A DNA stretch of 54,558 nt, from positions 1-54,558 of the IMG/VR virus record IMGVR_UViG_3300017991_000137. The stretch is one strand, 5' to 3'. This DNA comes from a virus. Taxonomy: Duplodnaviria > Caudoviricetes. The notes under the pieces are model-generated. The model made no database searches. It saw only the letters and a list, made by a program, of their open reading frames with translations, and had not been told where the DNA came from. Below, one piece after another: positions 8,652 through 16,661 of this stretch. A program made the position numbers and the translations under genes. Every line of letters starts with the position of its first letter. Position 1 is the stretch's first letter.

Positions 8652-9749
8652 CTACCTCACCAGTGTGTCATCGCAGAAAATTGGCATGGACAGGATTTTC
8701 CCGTGCTCGTAGTCTATAACTATGAGCGTTTGGGTAGGCGGCTGAGCTTCCGCACCAATGTATTGGGCGTAAGCGTTGTAGCCGACGAGGCAACCGCACA
8801 GCACGTAATTCCAGTCTTCGGCATACTGGTGGAAGTGACCGAGCACATCTAACTCAGCTTGGCGCTCTTTGTTCCACTGGGCGATTTTCTTCCTCAGTGG
8901 AATGTGAACGCCGCCGATGCCGCCACCGCCTTTGATGGCGTCGCCGTGATGGAAGCGGACATCGTGGCCTTGAATGGGCATCCAGAGGTGGTAGCCCTTC
9001 GCGATCTTGAAGTTGACCTTCGAGTCGTTTTGGAAATGCAGTGCGACGTTGTTGTACGCCAACCACTCCCATGAGGTTTTCCAACCAGTGGAAATGGGCT
9101 TCTTCCGAGTCGTACGGCCGTGGTTGCCGTAGTTGCCAAGGAATGTGATTTGGTCGCATTTGACCTGGGACTTGATGAACTCGATGCCGGTGATAAGCTT
9201 TTCCTGCGTGTAGAGGATCGCCTCGGCAGGACCGGTAAAGTTTGACTCCATCAACTCCTCGTGGATGTAGCCATTGATCATGTCACCACCAGCCCAGACA
9301 ACGACCTCTTGGATGTCGCTGAAGCTTTTGATGGTATCCAGAAGGTACACCGCCTTCTGCCAGGTGTTCTCGATGCGACGATCAGCAATCTTCGGGTTGA
9401 ACTTGTTTGCGTTCCCGGTAACCTCCGGGTCGACGTTCTCCTCGCAGTGCCAATCATTCACACAGATGATCGCAGAGGCTTTGCCCCTGCCACGCCGCTT
9501 CTTGCTCATCTCGAGCTTCCGCAGCGTCTTCTCGTCCTGGGTCGCAAGAATCAACTCGGTGTTGTCCTCGGCCAGGAGTAAGTCCTTCTCGGACTGCTTG
9601 TACTTTGCCTCAGCTTCTTTCTTTGCCAACGTAGCAGCGGCCAACTTCCGTTCGAGATCGCGTATCTTGCGAATCTTCTCGTCGTCGTTAAGGGCGGCTA
9701 GTGCATCGAGCTGGGCGAGTTTGGAGGGGGTTTCTTTGGCGCGTGCCAT
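8652..9749 (-). CDS. Calcineurin-like metallophosphoesterase with N-terminal coiled coil
   Basis: DWH, GDMING, GNHGR, HHGD and GHFH motifs. Confidence 0.85.
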   Translation of the reverse strand: MARAKETPSKLAQLDALAALNDDEKIRKIRDLERKLAAATLAKKEAEAKYKQSEKDLLLAEDNTELILATQDEKTLRKLEMSKKRRGRGKASAIICVNDWHCEENVDPEVTGNANKFNPKIADRRIENTWQKAVYLLDTIKSFSDIQEVVVWAGGDMINGYIHEELMESNFTGPAEAILYTQEKLITGIEFIKSQVKCDQITFLGNYGNHGRTTRKKPISTGWKTSWEWLAYNNVALHFQNDSKVNFKIAKGYHLWMPIQGHDVRFHHGDAIKGGGGIGGVHIPLRKKIAQWNKERQAELDVLGHFHQYAEDWNYVLCGCLVGYNAYAQYIGAEAQPPTQTLIVIDYEHGKILSMPIFCDDTLVR

Positions 9750-9795
9750 GGATCCGTATCCTCGCTTGGGTGAGAAAAATAACCTTGCTACCTTC

Positions 9796-9824
9796 ATACT
9801 AACCGATCTGTGAGAAATCGTCAA
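9796..9824 (-). promoter_or_regulatory. Sigma70-type promoter of the nucleotide-metabolism operon
   Basis: TTGACG-17-TAGTAT on the minus strand. Confidence 0.65.
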
Positions 9825-9886
9825 CCTCTATTATCTGCAAATTTCAGCAAAAGTGCTTGCCTTGCAAGCATAAGGAGACTCCACCC

Positions 9887-10204
9887 ATGCCAAACACCAT
9901 TCCCGTAAACCATTGCCCTGACGTGGAGCTGACGAAGCTCCCGAGCAAGTCAGTGGTCACGTACGACGGTAAGCAGGTAAAATTGGGTATGGCAGTGTAC
10001 TTTCGCTTGTCCCCGGGACACGCGGTCAACGAGTACGTGGTGGTTTCTGATCGAGCGATAAAGCGGAAGGATGGCTACTACATCATGGTAGCTGGCGGAC
10101 GCAGCGTCGCGGCAGCAATGCCGGCACTAGACTTCGTGGTGTGCAAAAAGCTATGGTGGGAGTTCTACCAGAAACGCCACGGGAAACGGAGGACCGATGG
10201 ATAG
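9887..10204 (+). CDS. Hypothetical protein
   Basis: TAAGGAG RBS. Confidence 0.7.
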   Translation: MPNTIPVNHCPDVELTKLPSKSVVTYDGKQVKLGMAVYFRLSPGHAVNEYVVVSDRAIKRKDGYYIMVAGGRSVAAAMPALDFVVCKKLWWEFYQKRHGKRRTDG

Positions 10205-10562
10205 CCGTATGTGGCCAAAGTGTCCGAAAGGAACGCAGGCCAAAATTGAAAAGAACGCGAAGCTCCACATGGAGTATTTCCACGCGTTCGCGGAAGTGTT
10301 TGACCGGAATCTCGACGAATTCTGGATCAACAGTGTTAGAGGTTTTGACCATGAGGGCTTCGCCCGGGCAATGATTCGAAAGCAGACACGCGGAAAGCTG
10401 GTCGATGCCGTTCGCGCCGAACACGGCGACGAGGCCGCTCAGCTGCTCCGCAAGCTCGTTCCGTCAGGGTGCACATTCAACCGACGGAAGGGCATACCTT
10501 CTAGAAAGCCCAGGCAACGCCGTCGTACGACCTACAAGAGCGTGGCAAAAAGGCGTCGCTGA
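10197..10562 (+). CDS. Hypothetical protein with basic tail
   Basis: GGAGG RBS; overlaps the upstream stop. Confidence 0.7.
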   Translation: MDSRMWPKCPKGTQAKIEKNAKLHMEYFHAFAEVFDRNLDEFWINSVRGFDHEGFARAMIRKQTRGKLVDAVRAEHGDEAAQLLRKLVPSGCTFNRRKGIPSRKPRQRRRTTYKSVAKRRR

Positions 10563-10739
10563 GTGTCGTCGCTTGGCCCGCCGCCCGTCAATTGTGCCGG
10601 TTCGCGATCAGTCACACAGTGCAAATGACACCTGACTCGCGACCACATGATGGGTCTCACGCGGAGGTCGTTACGCGGTGCCTCCCTGAGCTGGACGGGG
10701 CGACCCACACGGGCGCCCCGTCCACGCAACCATTTTCCT

Positions 10740-11516
10740 ATGGAGGACGTAATTTTGTTTCCAGGAACAAAAAGTGCAATGCTGGACGATAGCGAGTGGA
10801 TGTCGCGCATATGTCAGCAGGTGGGCGTTTTGCCCAGAAAAGATCTCGACGCTGCAGCCGCCGCCGGTAAGGAGGACACCGGGCCGTGGAAGCAGGCGAT
10901 CGAGAGCGTCGTAAGGTACACGTGGGGGCTGGCAATCAAGCTGCATAACGAGAGCGTCCCCGCCGTCGACCTATTTCAAGAGGGGATCCTGGGCGCCATG
11001 CACGCCATCGACGCGTGGGATCCCAATCACGAGTCCCGGGCCGGCTTCCAGACATATGCCGGCTGGGCGTCGCGACAGTACATGCTGAAGTACCGCGCGG
11101 AAGACCGCCTGATTCGCCTGCCGATCGCATGGTTCCAAGGAATCCCGCGACCGGAGTGGATTGAGAGGTTCCCCGAGGCAACCAAGCCAGCGTTGTCGAC
11201 GAACACGGAATGTCGTGGCGAAGGCAAGCGCGCATTGAAGCTCGGCGACGTGCTTCCCGACAAGAAGATAAAGCAGCCATACGAGAACGCCGACCTCGAC
11301 GAGCTGTTCGATCGCTTCCACCTCATCGTGAGTCGTATGGAAGCCCGTCGGCGAGAAGTCCTGATTCGTCGCTTCCACGGCGAGACACTCGAGCAGGTTG
11401 CCAACGTCATGGGCGTCTGCAAGGAGCGTGTTCGCCAGTTGCAGATGGACGCGATGCAAGACATAAACGTATTCAGATCAACTCCCATTGTTTACACGGA
11501 GAACGTTATCGTATGA
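10740..11516 (+). CDS. RNA polymerase sigma-70 family factor (start 10740 or 10779)
   Basis: Region 2: DLFQEGILG..HAIDAWDP...FQTYA...IRLP. Region 4: ETLEQVANVMGVCKERVRQL. Confidence 0.9.
   Translation: MEDVILFPGTKSAMLDDSEWMSRICQQVGVLPRKDLDAAAAAGKEDTGPWKQAIESVVRYTWGLAIKLHNESVPAVDLFQEGILGAMHAIDAWDPNHESRAGFQTYAGWASRQYMLKYRAEDRLIRLPIAWFQGIPRPEWIERFPEATKPALSTNTECRGEGKRALKLGDVLPDKKIKQPYENADLDELFDRFHLIVSRMEARRREVLIRRFHGETLEQVANVMGVCKERVRQLQMDAMQDINVFRSTPIVYTENVIV
10752..10773. promoter_or_regulatory. 22-bp palindrome copy 2 (ATTTTGTTT-CCAG-GAACAAAAA)
   Basis: Two mismatches to consensus; lies at the sigma gene start. Confidence 0.65.
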
Positions 11517-11941
11517 GCGAGACACTGATCATCCTCAAGCCCGACTGCATCAGGCGAGGTCTCATGGGTGAGGTCCTCAAACGCTTGGAGCGGAAGGGCG
11601 TCCGATTCCTTCGGATGCGAGCACTGCAGATGACCGACAAGCACATCGAAGGCTTGTACGGCAAGTTCAAGGACGAAGATTTCTACAAACGCATCTCAGA
11701 GTTCATGGCCGGAGGCCTGTCGGTGGCCGGCGTTGCATATGTGCCGCACGCCATCGAAACCAGCATAACCACAGTCCGCACTCTCATGGGCAGCTTCACG
11801 GCTCCTCAGGCGGGCACCATCCGCGGCGACCTCGCCAAGTCACCGCATCACAACATCATCCACGCCAGCGACTCGCCAGAGAACGCCAAGCGTGAGATCG
11901 AAATCTTCTTCCCAGGCTACCCCGGCGACGTCGCCATGTAA
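11513..11941 (+). CDS. ndk: Nucleoside diphosphate kinase
   Basis: TLIILKPD, GTIRGD, NIIHASDS (catalytic His), REIEIFF. Confidence 0.95.
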   Translation: MSETLIILKPDCIRRGLMGEVLKRLERKGVRFLRMRALQMTDKHIEGLYGKFKDEDFYKRISEFMAGGLSVAGVAYVPHAIETSITTVRTLMGSFTAPQAGTIRGDLAKSPHHNIIHASDSPENAKREIEIFFPGYPGDVAM

Positions 11942-12326
11942 GTGGCGCGTCTGCTGGCGTATGCTTCGGGATCGCAACGGCGTGCCTGCCACCCTCTTCC
12001 ACGGTGTGCAGGGTTCACGCGTACTGCCTCTCGATGAGTGGATCGAGGCAGATCAAAAGACTGCATGGGACGGGGATCGCCGGACGGCTACCAAGTACCG
12101 CTCTGGCTTCCACGTCATGCAGCATGCAAACGATATCGTTCGATTCTCCAATCGTTTCCGCAACATCTCCGACCTAGTGATATGCAAGGTTTGGGTCCGC
12201 GGGGACATCTGGGAGAAAGAACATAGCCCGTCACCAATACTATTGGCGGCAGAAATGCAAATCCCATCGAGTGCGTGGGACGCGCGACTTACACTTACCT
12301 ATATCAGGAGTAACTACGGAGGGTGA
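11892..12326 (+). CDS. Hypothetical protein (start uncertain, possibly 11961)
   Basis: Fills the gap; TLFHG...YRSGFH. Confidence 0.55.
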   Translation: MRSKSSSQATPATSPCKWRVCWRMLRDRNGVPATLFHGVQGSRVLPLDEWIEADQKTAWDGDRRTATKYRSGFHVMQHANDIVRFSNRFRNISDLVICKVWVRGDIWEKEHSPSPILLAAEMQIPSSAWDARLTLTYIRSNYGG

Positions 12327-12327
12327 C

Positions 12328-12567
12328 ATGGCAAACGTTATCGCCGTTTGTGTTCTAATTGGCATCCCAGCCACAGCTATTGTCTTCTTCCTCGGTTGGT
12401 GGTCTGGCGTGGCGAGTGCAATGCACCGCGCCCAGCAATTTCAGGCAGCCCGGAAGCGAGTCACTACGCACGGCATTACGGTATTCGAATGGCGTGGGGA
12501 GTACGGCTGGGAGTTTGATCGCTTCTACAGCGACGGCGTCGAAACGCCAGGGAAGGAGACGGGATAA
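12328..12567 (+). CDS. Small membrane protein
   Basis: GGAGG RBS; N-terminal TM helix. Confidence 0.65.
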   Translation: MANVIAVCVLIGIPATAIVFFLGWWSGVASAMHRAQQFQAARKRVTTHGITVFEWRGEYGWEFDRFYSDGVETPGKETG

Positions 12568-12869
12568 TGGGCTGGTTCACCTTGGGTGCGTTATGCGGCA
12601 TTATAATAGGAGGCGCCATTATGGGTTGCCTCGGAATGCTGCATGGCCAGCGCGTCATTCAACAAGCAGCCATCTGGGCCGGCGTGGCCGAGTGGCGTAC
12701 CGACAAGTCGACCTACGATCCTGTCTTCGTGTGGATGTCTCGAGAGGACACCTACACGCTGAATGGGGACTTCGTGGATGACGTAATGCTAACCAACAAG
12801 GAGAAAGACCTTGCAAAGGGAAGATCAACCGGAGGACAGGCAGATGACGAGCCTGGAGAGAGCAGTTGA
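12567..12869 (+). CDS. Small membrane protein
   Basis: TAATG coupling; N-terminal TM helix. Confidence 0.65.
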   Translation: MGWFTLGALCGIIIGGAIMGCLGMLHGQRVIQQAAIWAGVAEWRTDKSTYDPVFVWMSREDTYTLNGDFVDDVMLTNKEKDLAKGRSTGGQADDEPGESS

Positions 12870-12990
12870 AGAGGAACTGATTGCACAGGCACGTACCCGG
12901 CGAAGGCAGGGCATGGTGGCTGCTGCTGCGCTCGTCTGCGCCTTCGCTGCGATCATCGTCCTTGTCCTCGGCAAAGTATTTGGATTCTGA
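12844..12990 (+). CDS. Small membrane protein (48 aa, not in ORF track)
   Basis: GGAGG RBS; MTSLERAVEEELIAQARTRRRQGMVAAAALVCAFAAIIVLVLGKVFGF. Confidence 0.55.
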   Translation: MTSLERAVEEELIAQARTRRRQGMVAAAALVCAFAAIIVLVLGKVFGF

Positions 12991-12991
12991 C

Positions 12992-13105
12992 ATGAGTGAC
13001 TTCAACGACGGCTGTCTGTGCGGCGCCGCAATAATCTTCGCGATCATCGGACTGGTGTGCCACATCATCTGCTTGGTCGCCTACCTGATGGGAGCCCATC
13101 CATGA
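12992..13105 (+). CDS. Small membrane protein (37 aa)
   Basis: MSDFNDGCLCGAAIIFAIIGLVCHIICLVAYLMGAHP; coupled to the next gene. Confidence 0.5.
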   Translation: MSDFNDGCLCGAAIIFAIIGLVCHIICLVAYLMGAHP

Positions 13106-13674
13106 GTGAAGGAAGCAGCAAGAGTAGCATGGCCCTTATCGTCCTCTTCATGGCGGTAGGTGTCGTCCTGCTCTCGAAGGCTTGTGTCCGAGACGCCGAC
13201 GGTGCAAATCGATGCCGCGGCGGCACGTGCAGTGTTACGGCACAAGTCAAGATCGTCAACAAGGACGACGAACCAGTCAAGGCGGAGATCACCGCTTGGT
13301 CGAACGACACTTGGCTACCGGAAGAGTGGATGGAGAGTCCCAAGGAGATCCCTCAGGACGACCGTCCCATTCCGACCTGGGCCGAAGCCACCCAGAACAA
13401 AGCGACCACGTTCATCGACCTCTGTACCAAGTACAAAGAACACCGCGCGAACGTGATGCAAAACTATCGTAAGATGAGCGTCCATTACGGACTGCTTCCG
13501 ATCGATCATCCCGACAAGGACAAGATGTATCGACGGTTGCTACTTCAGTGGATGATCATCAACGGAAAACTCAACCTCGACGACGTGAGGCTTTATCCTG
13601 GGAGCGCCGACAAAGAAGCGCGCGCCAAGATGAAGAACTTCAGACATGAGGATAAAGGTATCGGCATCGACTGA
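13102..13674 (+). CDS. Secreted or membrane-anchored hypothetical protein
   Basis: ATGA coupling; hydrophobic N-terminus followed by CRGGTC. Confidence 0.65.
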   Translation: MSEGSSKSSMALIVLFMAVGVVLLSKACVRDADGANRCRGGTCSVTAQVKIVNKDDEPVKAEITAWSNDTWLPEEWMESPKEIPQDDRPIPTWAEATQNKATTFIDLCTKYKEHRANVMQNYRKMSVHYGLLPIDHPDKDKMYRRLLLQWMIINGKLNLDDVRLYPGSADKEARAKMKNFRHEDKGIGID

Positions 13675-13754
13675 TACTGGAACGGTCGACGGAGCTGGTG
13701 GTGTCTTTGTGCCAATATGGGCTAAGCCAGCTCGTCGACCTGTTATCCTTTTTT
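13648..13754 (+). terminator. Branched stem-loop ending in a T-run (probable terminator)
   Basis: GGTCGAC-G-GAGCTGG / CCAGCTC-GTCGACC stem, closed by AGGATAA/TTATCCT, then T6. Confidence 0.5.
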
Positions 13755-13760
13755 CTGTAT

Positions 13761-13857
13761 GGGCTTTAGTTAGAGCCGCCCACCGAACGGGTGCGGCGGC
13801 GTTCGTTTACGCTAGAGTGACGATAGGAACTCTAGCGTAAACGAACAACTAAAGTTC
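13761..13857 (+). repeat. Three-way structure with a perfect 18-bp inverted repeat
   Basis: GTTCGTTTACGCTAGAGT (13801-13818) / ACTCTAGCGTAAACGAAC (13829-13846); second hairpin 13775-13800; outer stem 13761-13771/13847-13857. Confidence 0.8.
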
Positions 13858-13998
13858 AAAAACGATTTAGTTGTTAATTACTAGTTCCCGTGCGTTACTT
13901 TCGACCCTACCTGTTAAGATAGGTAACCTTGAGTTCTACCAGGGACGCAGTGGTTGCGACCCGATTTTTTATGACCTCTGATTAGGAGGAGCCTGCCA

Positions 13999-14601
13999 AT
14001 GGCAGCAAAGCAGAAGCCGCGTAAGGGGCCAAACGGAGCCCCTAACTACACCGAGATTGCCATCCGTTTGATCAAGAAACATGGCAACATCCCTGCTGGG
14101 GAGATCGTCGAGAAGAACCAAGACGAGTTCCCCGACTTGCGTGAGCACCACATTTATAGTGGTACCACCAAGCTCTGCAAGCAGTACGGTGTTTCGACAC
14201 GGAAGGAAGCCCTGGACGCCTGGAAGAAAGAGAAGTCTATCAACCGGAAACGGAAGAAGAGTCTCAAGAAAGCCAGGGAAGCCAAGGCACAAAAGGCTGA
14301 GGCCCGCAAAAATGGCAACCACGAGGACAAGCCCGTCGAGGCTGTCGAGATCGTGGACGCGACGGACGCACCTGCGGGCGCAACGATGTTGGAAATCCCG
14401 TCCGACTTCGATGCCGTCACCGAATTGATGGCGGCTGCGAAGCTTACTACCGATCCGCTCATGCGGCTCGGGCTTGTGGCGCAGGCGACTGCGCTCATCA
14501 AGCGAGAGTTCACCTTCGCCATGTCGCAGGTGTCGGTAGACGAGTTCGTCGATGCGGCTGCCAAGGCCGCGCAGACGATGGTGGCGGGAGCGACTGAGTA
14601 A
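13999..14601 (+). CDS. Hypothetical Lys-rich protein, possibly DNA-binding
   Basis: AGGAGGAG RBS; extended -10 TGTTAAGAT at 13912-13920. Confidence 0.75.
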   Translation: MAAKQKPRKGPNGAPNYTEIAIRLIKKHGNIPAGEIVEKNQDEFPDLREHHIYSGTTKLCKQYGVSTRKEALDAWKKEKSINRKRKKSLKKAREAKAQKAEARKNGNHEDKPVEAVEIVDATDAPAGATMLEIPSDFDAVTELMAAAKLTTDPLMRLGLVAQATALIKREFTFAMSQVSVDEFVDAAAKAAQTMVAGATE

Positions 14602-14704
14602 GGCTGGAAAGCCCGACCGGACAGGGTTGCCTGCGGAAAGAGCGCTGTGGTGAGACGCCCCCCAATTTCATTACAGCATGCTCATTCGCAGGCACCCTGT
14701 GCCG
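14602..14704 (+). ncRNA. Candidate structured RNA (long irregular hairpin)
   Basis: Nested helices ACAGGGT/ACCCTGT, GCCTGCGGA/TTCGCAGGC, GAGC/GCTC and GCTGTGGTGAGA/TTTCATTACAGC with G-U pairs. Confidence 0.5.
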
Positions 14705-14726
14705 ATTTAGTTCCGGAGAACAAAAT
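14705..14726. promoter_or_regulatory. 22-bp palindrome copy 3 (ATTTAGTTC-CGGA-GAACAAAAT)
   Basis: Overlaps the RBS and the ATG at 14725. Confidence 0.75.
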
Positions 14727-14943
14727 GGAAAAGAAAATTTGCGACATCTGCGAAGCACACATTAAGCCCGGCAAAGAGACGTATACGATCGTCAGGATCA
14801 CACCTGTCGGTACCGACGGGCCCAATAACGAAAGCAAGGCCTTCGACATTTGCAACGAATGCCTGGCGATGCCCATACATCAGAGCTCGCTTCGAGAGTT
14901 CCTCAGCAAGCTCGGCAAGGCCATCGCGGACCAGTTCCGCTGA
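14725..14943 (+). CDS. Small Zn-finger protein
   Basis: CDIC...CNEC; GGAG RBS. Confidence 0.7.
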   Translation: MEKKICDICEAHIKPGKETYTIVRITPVGTDGPNNESKAFDICNECLAMPIHQSSLREFLSKLGKAIADQFR

Positions 14944-15785
14944 TGCCCATACCCTTTCGCTACGAACGTGTGCCGCTATCGCCGGCTGGCGTGGCCGCAT
15001 ACTACGCGACGGTATATCCGTTGTGCGGGAAGACCAACACCAGATCCGATGAGCTGTTGTCGGCATTACGATTCATCCGTGGGCGGTGGGTTCTCAGGAG
15101 TAAGGAGCTGCGTGAGGTTGGTTGGGCGGCATGCACCGAGGACAAACTCGAGTATGCGCGCAATTGTCCACCCGTGCCGGTGCAAGTTATGCCCCGAACG
15201 CGGCCCTGCTCCTTGAGGATCTGTCCATTCTGCCATGCTCGTCAGGTGATGTCCGTCTTCCGCGCCGTGCGGGACTTCATCCAGGAGGAGCTGAATGGCG
15301 CCCCCGTCCGTGTAATAGCCCGGTCATACGCCCTGGGTCATAAAAGCGTCCGTGAGCCGATCTTTACGGATCTGGACGGTAGCATAGGCACCTCGTTGTA
15401 CGAGGTCCTGGATCGCCACATACCGCTGCGTCGCATCTTTCGTCAAGAGCTGAAGCAGACGCATGGCGGCATCTACTGGCATACGATAACGCCGGTGACC
15501 AGCGAGGGGGAGCTGCCTGACGGCTCCTTCGGCAACTGGCTGATCCGACACGCCTGTGTCGCAGTCGCGCCGCCCATGTGGGACTGGTCCTTCCTGAAGG
15601 AACGGGCCGTGCTGCGTGAGAGTCCGGACGATTACACATTAGCCTGGATGATCGGAAAGGCCTTCCGATATCCGGAACCATGGCTGTCAGCGGAAGCCCC
15701 GATGATGGCAGACTTTCTCAATCACCTTGCCAATACGCGGCTACGTGCCACGTTTGGGAGTCTACGCGGACATGAACGACCTTAG
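14943..15785 (+). CDS. Degenerate HUH/Rep_1-like protein with Zn finger
   Basis: C..RICPFC, GGIYWHTIT...WLIRH and C-terminal L..TRL..TFGSL resemble rolling-circle Rep motifs. Confidence 0.45.
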   Translation: MPIPFRYERVPLSPAGVAAYYATVYPLCGKTNTRSDELLSALRFIRGRWVLRSKELREVGWAACTEDKLEYARNCPPVPVQVMPRTRPCSLRICPFCHARQVMSVFRAVRDFIQEELNGAPVRVIARSYALGHKSVREPIFTDLDGSIGTSLYEVLDRHIPLRRIFRQELKQTHGGIYWHTITPVTSEGELPDGSFGNWLIRHACVAVAPPMWDWSFLKERAVLRESPDDYTLAWMIGKAFRYPEPWLSAEAPMMADFLNHLANTRLRATFGSLRGHERP

Positions 15786-16500
15786 TGAGACGTTTCGACG
15801 TCTTGTCATACGCCACAAGCTGTCGTCGGCCGACCAGCTGGGCATCTTGCAGACCTACTTTGAGGACCGCAAGGAGCCGACGGTCGACGACATGATTGCC
15901 TTCTTCGGTGTGCTCGATCAAGCATACGTTGAGCAAGCACAGAAGGCGTACAGCGCACCAGAGAGTATGGTGCCAGAGCAACCAGAGGAGCTGACGCTGC
16001 AAACGTACATCACCCGGCAGTTCGACCGCGACCTCATGGACAAGCTGCAGCAGGTTCCTGCTGAAGTTGGGCACATGACGATTGCCGAGACGAAAGACGG
16101 AGACAAGGAGGGCCGGACCATTATTTTGGATGTGCCCGACCAGATCCTCGCGTCGATGCAAGCAGCACTGGCAAACGAGCAAGCGGATCGTCCCGGCGTG
16201 ATCTCTGCCGGACTTTACGCACAGCTACCACACGATTCTGCTACCGTCGCTATCGCAGTGACGGAGGCTACCCACGAAAACGGCGGTCCATATCTCGATG
16301 CTTGGATCTCCTTGCCGCCCGAAACTCCGGATTATCCCAACGCCCCGAATCCTTCGCTGCCGCCCATACGGATCTTGCAGAGAGACTATGTCTTCCGCTA
16401 TCCTGACGGCACGTATCGAACGATTCGATTACGAGCGACGGAGCCGCAAGGATGCCCATTCGAGACGACCGACGAAGCGAGAAACAACGAAAGTGCCTAA
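15772..16500 (+). CDS. Hypothetical protein
   Basis: Long ORF overlapping the upstream stop; GGGAG RBS. Confidence 0.7.
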   Translation: MNDLSETFRRLVIRHKLSSADQLGILQTYFEDRKEPTVDDMIAFFGVLDQAYVEQAQKAYSAPESMVPEQPEELTLQTYITRQFDRDLMDKLQQVPAEVGHMTIAETKDGDKEGRTIILDVPDQILASMQAALANEQADRPGVISAGLYAQLPHDSATVAIAVTEATHENGGPYLDAWISLPPETPDYPNAPNPSLPPIRILQRDYVFRYPDGTYRTIRLRATEPQGCPFETTDEARNNESA

Positions 16501-16661
16501 GGTGCCAGACGATGTTTCTCTCTAAACATGCGGGCAATCGGATTTGCCCGGAATGTACGGCTCGTCCGCCGCAAACCAGCGGACTCCGACATATCTCGTT
16601 CGATATCGATACGTACCAAAGAAGGAGGGAAGTGGATGACAAATTCAACGGAAGCGGCTGA
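16452..16661 (+). CDS. Small Zn-ribbon protein
   Basis: RKCLRCQTMFLS...NRICPEC. Confidence 0.6.
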   Translation: MPIRDDRRSEKQRKCLRCQTMFLSKHAGNRICPECTARPPQTSGLRHISFDIDTYQRRREVDDKFNGSG

